Assembly (NCBI GenBank): GCA_030704615.1
Contig: CM060731.1
Span: forward strand, 64,170,001-64,234,000
Length of the DNA stretch: 64,000 bases
Reading direction: 5' to 3'
Source of the DNA: Takakia lepidozioides
Lineage: Eukaryota; Plantae; Bryophyta
Below the pieces are notes generated by a model. It was not told where the DNA came from, did no database searches, and worked only from the letters and a program-made list of their open reading frames with translations. The position numbers were made by a program, and so were the translations under genes. Of this stretch, positions 60,719-64,000 are shown piece after piece (the stretch's first letter is position 1; the number at the start of each line of letters is the position of its first letter).

Positions 60719-61147
60719 GGAATGTGATGTTTTCTGAATTTGATGTACCCCCTGTCGAAATTGATAACAAAGAAGCATGATCTACCTACTAGGCAGATTT
60801 TGGACGTGTGTGAGCAATTGAAATCGGAAGGGTCAGACACAGTGGACCGCGTCAATTTATGTTGACAAGGCGTCTGGCAGCCGAGCCCTGGGAAAGAGCA
60901 AAAATGTCATTTACTGTCACTAAAACAGACATGATCATATACATGTCACTTGTCACAATCGAGTGCACACAGTTCCCGCCTAATATGCTTCTCAAGCCAG
61001 ACCTCAGGATACGGCCAACAGGAGAGTGTAGGGAAGCTTTCGAGCTCTGCGCGCAAATCATACATGCAATCAAGTGTCGTGGAGGAGTTCTCCTTTTTAT
61101 GTAGTACTTCTGCTAGTTACAACTCTGCATCAAAAACTTGGCAGTAG

Positions 61148-61903
61148 TTGCGAATGCTATCGAATTCGCCAAATGTGTTCGTGCAATACTCTGTCGTATG
61201 CATATAGTTCTTGGTTTCCGGAGAAGGAAGGTAGCTGACTACTCGTGCCAATGTTCTCAGCAGAGCGTCCAGAGTTTGATTTGAAACAGTTCCGGCACCT
61301 CCAATATGATCGACCCCGTGGGGGTGACACGACAAAAAGTAAGTGTAAGCTCAAACAATTACTTCAAACAGCATTAAACCTGTGATGGAAGAGGCTCTTT
61401 CCTATTTACATCAGCTTTGGCTGAAGTCTTCCTTTACAACTATACTGTGTGGCGAGCATTTTGAAATTTGTGCCATGAATCAATTTAAAAATGTCTATAA
61501 TCTCAGCACACCAATTAGCTATGTTAGTTTGCGAATGCTTATCGAATCGCCAAATGTGTTCGTGCAATACTCTGTCGTATGCATAGTTCTTGGTTTCCGG
61601 AGAAGGAAGGTAGCTGACTACTCGTGCCAATGTTCTCAGCAGAGCGTCCAAGAGTTTGATTTGAAACAGTTCCGGCACCTCCAATATGATCGACCCGTGG
61701 GGGTGACACGACAAAAAGTAAGTGTAAGCTCAAACAATTACTTCAAACAGCATTAAACCTGTGATGGAAGAGGCTCTTTCCTATTTACATCAGCTTTGGC
61801 TGAAGTCTTCCTTTACAACTATACTGTGTGGCGAGCATTTTGAAATTTGTGCCATGAATCAATTTAAAAATGTCTATAATCTCAGCACACCAATTAGCTA
61901 TGT
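61148..61903. repeat. Near-identical tandem duplication, 2 x ~380 bp
   Basis: Copies start TTGCGAATGCT at ~61148 and ~61529; differences are almost only 1-2 bp indels. Confidence 0.95.
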
Positions 61904-62927
61904 TGGTAGTAAGAATGGGAATTCAAAGGAAGAATAAAACGACATTGCCGCGAAGCCTAATAAGTTGGCAGAGGCGGCGTGGAGTTTTTGAGAAACAGCA
62001 GAAGTCTTCAACTTTGGAAGAGTTGATGCCTGCAAGATGATCACTAGAAAAGAAAAACGTTTGTGAGGATATCGCTGGCAACATCGATACAAAGACCATC
62101 AAACTTAGAACGCCAGAAGCTTCCAATTTTTTTTGCATCATTCAGTTGATTAGTAAGCCATGGCAGAGGGACTTCAAGCTCTCTAATCTTTTATTGTTGT
62201 ATGTGCTGTTTTTGGGTGTACATATCGAAGGGACGATGCCACGAGTGTGCCACGAGCGACGAATGTTTTTGGCCCCTCGCTTCGTCCCCTCGTTTAGGTC
62301 CAGCCTGTCTTCAAGGGCCCCTTATTGCGCCTCCCAGCGAGAGAGAGAGGAGAGTGCGAGTGATGATGGACAGAGGTCCTGGATAAGATCTGGGGGCAGC
62401 GGACAAGATCGGAGCTGCCATCTCCACAGTGGGAAGCGGTCGGCTATGGAGAGCATGCAACCTTTCGCGCGCGGTTTGGTGTGCCCATTTTGCACCACCT
62501 GTTGGCTTCATGTTGAAACTTGATAAGAGGATGATAATAACATGTCGTACAAGGGGAAAGCAACATGGTGAGGTTGAGGAAAGAGTGAAACATAGAAGTA
62601 GCTTACACTCGGATAGAGAATCTGGAAGAGGTTCGCTTCTGTAGAGTTTTTATGATGAAAGAAGCGAGTTAAGAATGTTGAAAGAAAAGAGTAGGTCAGT
62701 CGGAATCTTACAGTTCCAGAGCATGGACATGCATTAATGTACCGGTTTGCGTCCGAGATACGTAGGAACGTTAACATCTTAGTCGAGAGCAGTATGCGCT
62801 AGCTTCCTACCCTGGCATGTGCTCTACAGCAGAGCCCCTCGCCATAGGCAGGGCTTTCTTTGATCTGAAAGTTTAGAGGACCGAACGAAGAGAGACAGAG
62901 ACAGAGAGACAGAGAGCTGCTGTGGCC

Positions 62928-63868
62928 ATGGCTCTAGAGAGAGACGATATGATGCCTTCTTGGCCACAGTCGCAAGAGGATACCACAGCTACCCTCACGC
63001 AGATCGCACCATTCCCGTTGGCAGAAAATCTCTTGCTGATTGCCAAGAATTCAGAGCCAGAGCAGGCATTTGCGGCTTATATAAGCGATGAAAAACAAGA
63101 AGGGAGTGAAAATAAACTGGAATTACAACAGCCATTTGCACCTTTTATAATTGATGAGAAACAAGAGGCAGAGATTGAGTCTTTGAGTAAGAGAGAGGAG
63201 CTTTTAGGAATGCTTGATGAAGAAGGAAGCGCTGAGAATGGAAAAGAGGAAGGGAAAGGGGGTGTGGAGGCTCTGAGGAAGGGCGATGCAGTCTTAAGTA
63301 TAATTGATAAGCAAAAGGAAGAGATTTTTGAGAATGGGATAGAAGAGGGGGCGATTGAGGCTTTAAGGGCAAGACATGAGCCTCTAACGTTAACTGTTGA
63401 GAAAGAACAGGTAAGTTCTGAGAATGGGAAAGAAGAGGAGCAGATCGAAGCTGTGGTGGAGGGAGTTGAGTCCCTAAAGATAATTGCTGAGAAAGAATGG
63501 AATGGCGAGAATGGGAATGAAGAAGAGGAGGTTGAGGAAGACACAGCCAAGCCACTAGATGGAAGAGAGGGAGAGGGTTTTGGAGAGAGAGAGACCGGAG
63601 GATCCAAAGACATGCATTTGGTTAATGGAATGCACAAGTTTGAAACATTAGGAGGTCTTATTGCGAGAGAACGGCAAGAAACAGAGTCAAGGGAACGTGT
63701 AAAGGGGGCAGGTGAAGAGATCAGCGGTCGAGCTAGTTTGGAACCCAATGCAGACACTGTGGCTGATGTTATGGGGAATACTTCAAAGAAAGAGCAAGAT
63801 AATGGTGATGGAGATGCACATGTGGCTTCCCAAAGGACTCCAAGAACCTCTGTTGCCACTTCTGAAGG
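62928..63868 (+). CDS. First exon of an acidic Glu-rich, probably disordered protein with internal repeats; probably continues beyond the window
   Basis: About 314 open codons from GCCATGG context, strong GAR codon bias, four ENGxEE-containing ~30-aa repeats, likely donor at GAAGG|gtaggc. Confidence 0.7.
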
Positions 63869-64000
63869 GTAGGCGCTGTGAGCTAAGATAAATCAATATT
63901 TTGTTAACTGAACTGTTCCGTGGGAGTATGTGATTGGTTATCAAGCTTTGAGACACTAAAGACTGACATCTCAAGCATGGCTTCTCTGTCCATGCTCATT

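Noticed and set aside
63077-63859. 260-aa Ser-rich minus-strand ORF
   Set aside because: Antisense shadow of the Glu-rich exon.

Overview
Eukaryotic, land-plant-like DNA with GT-AG spliced genes; the transposon complement suggests a non-seed plant (inference only). Most of the window is a stack of nested, decayed transposons between a few host genes. Host genes: a 3-exon secreted LRR protein gene with an unusual repeat tail (minus, 3437-5908), a multi-exon PGRL1 gene (minus, ~55617-59634) and the first exon of a Glu-rich repeat protein (plus, 62928 onward). Mobile DNA: hAT-type TIR elements, one containing a Ty1/copia relic; a hAT transposase pseudogene split by a 764-bp insertion with a 4-bp TTCA target duplication; a nearly complete non-chromovirus Ty3/gypsy element with an extra 5' ORF and CACAGCC arrays on both sides; a P-element-like transposase fragment; a Helentron/Helitron2-type element (OTU protease + Zn finger + DUF6570-like + HUH Rep, plus a separate OB-fold/RPA-like gene, helicase missing); and an internally deleted L1. 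Hairpins, a foldback element and tandem repeats are scattered throughout. Many lesions are single-base indels, so part of the apparent decay may be assembly error. No rRNA, intact tRNA or CRISPR was found. All family assignments come from motif recognition by eye, not database searches.
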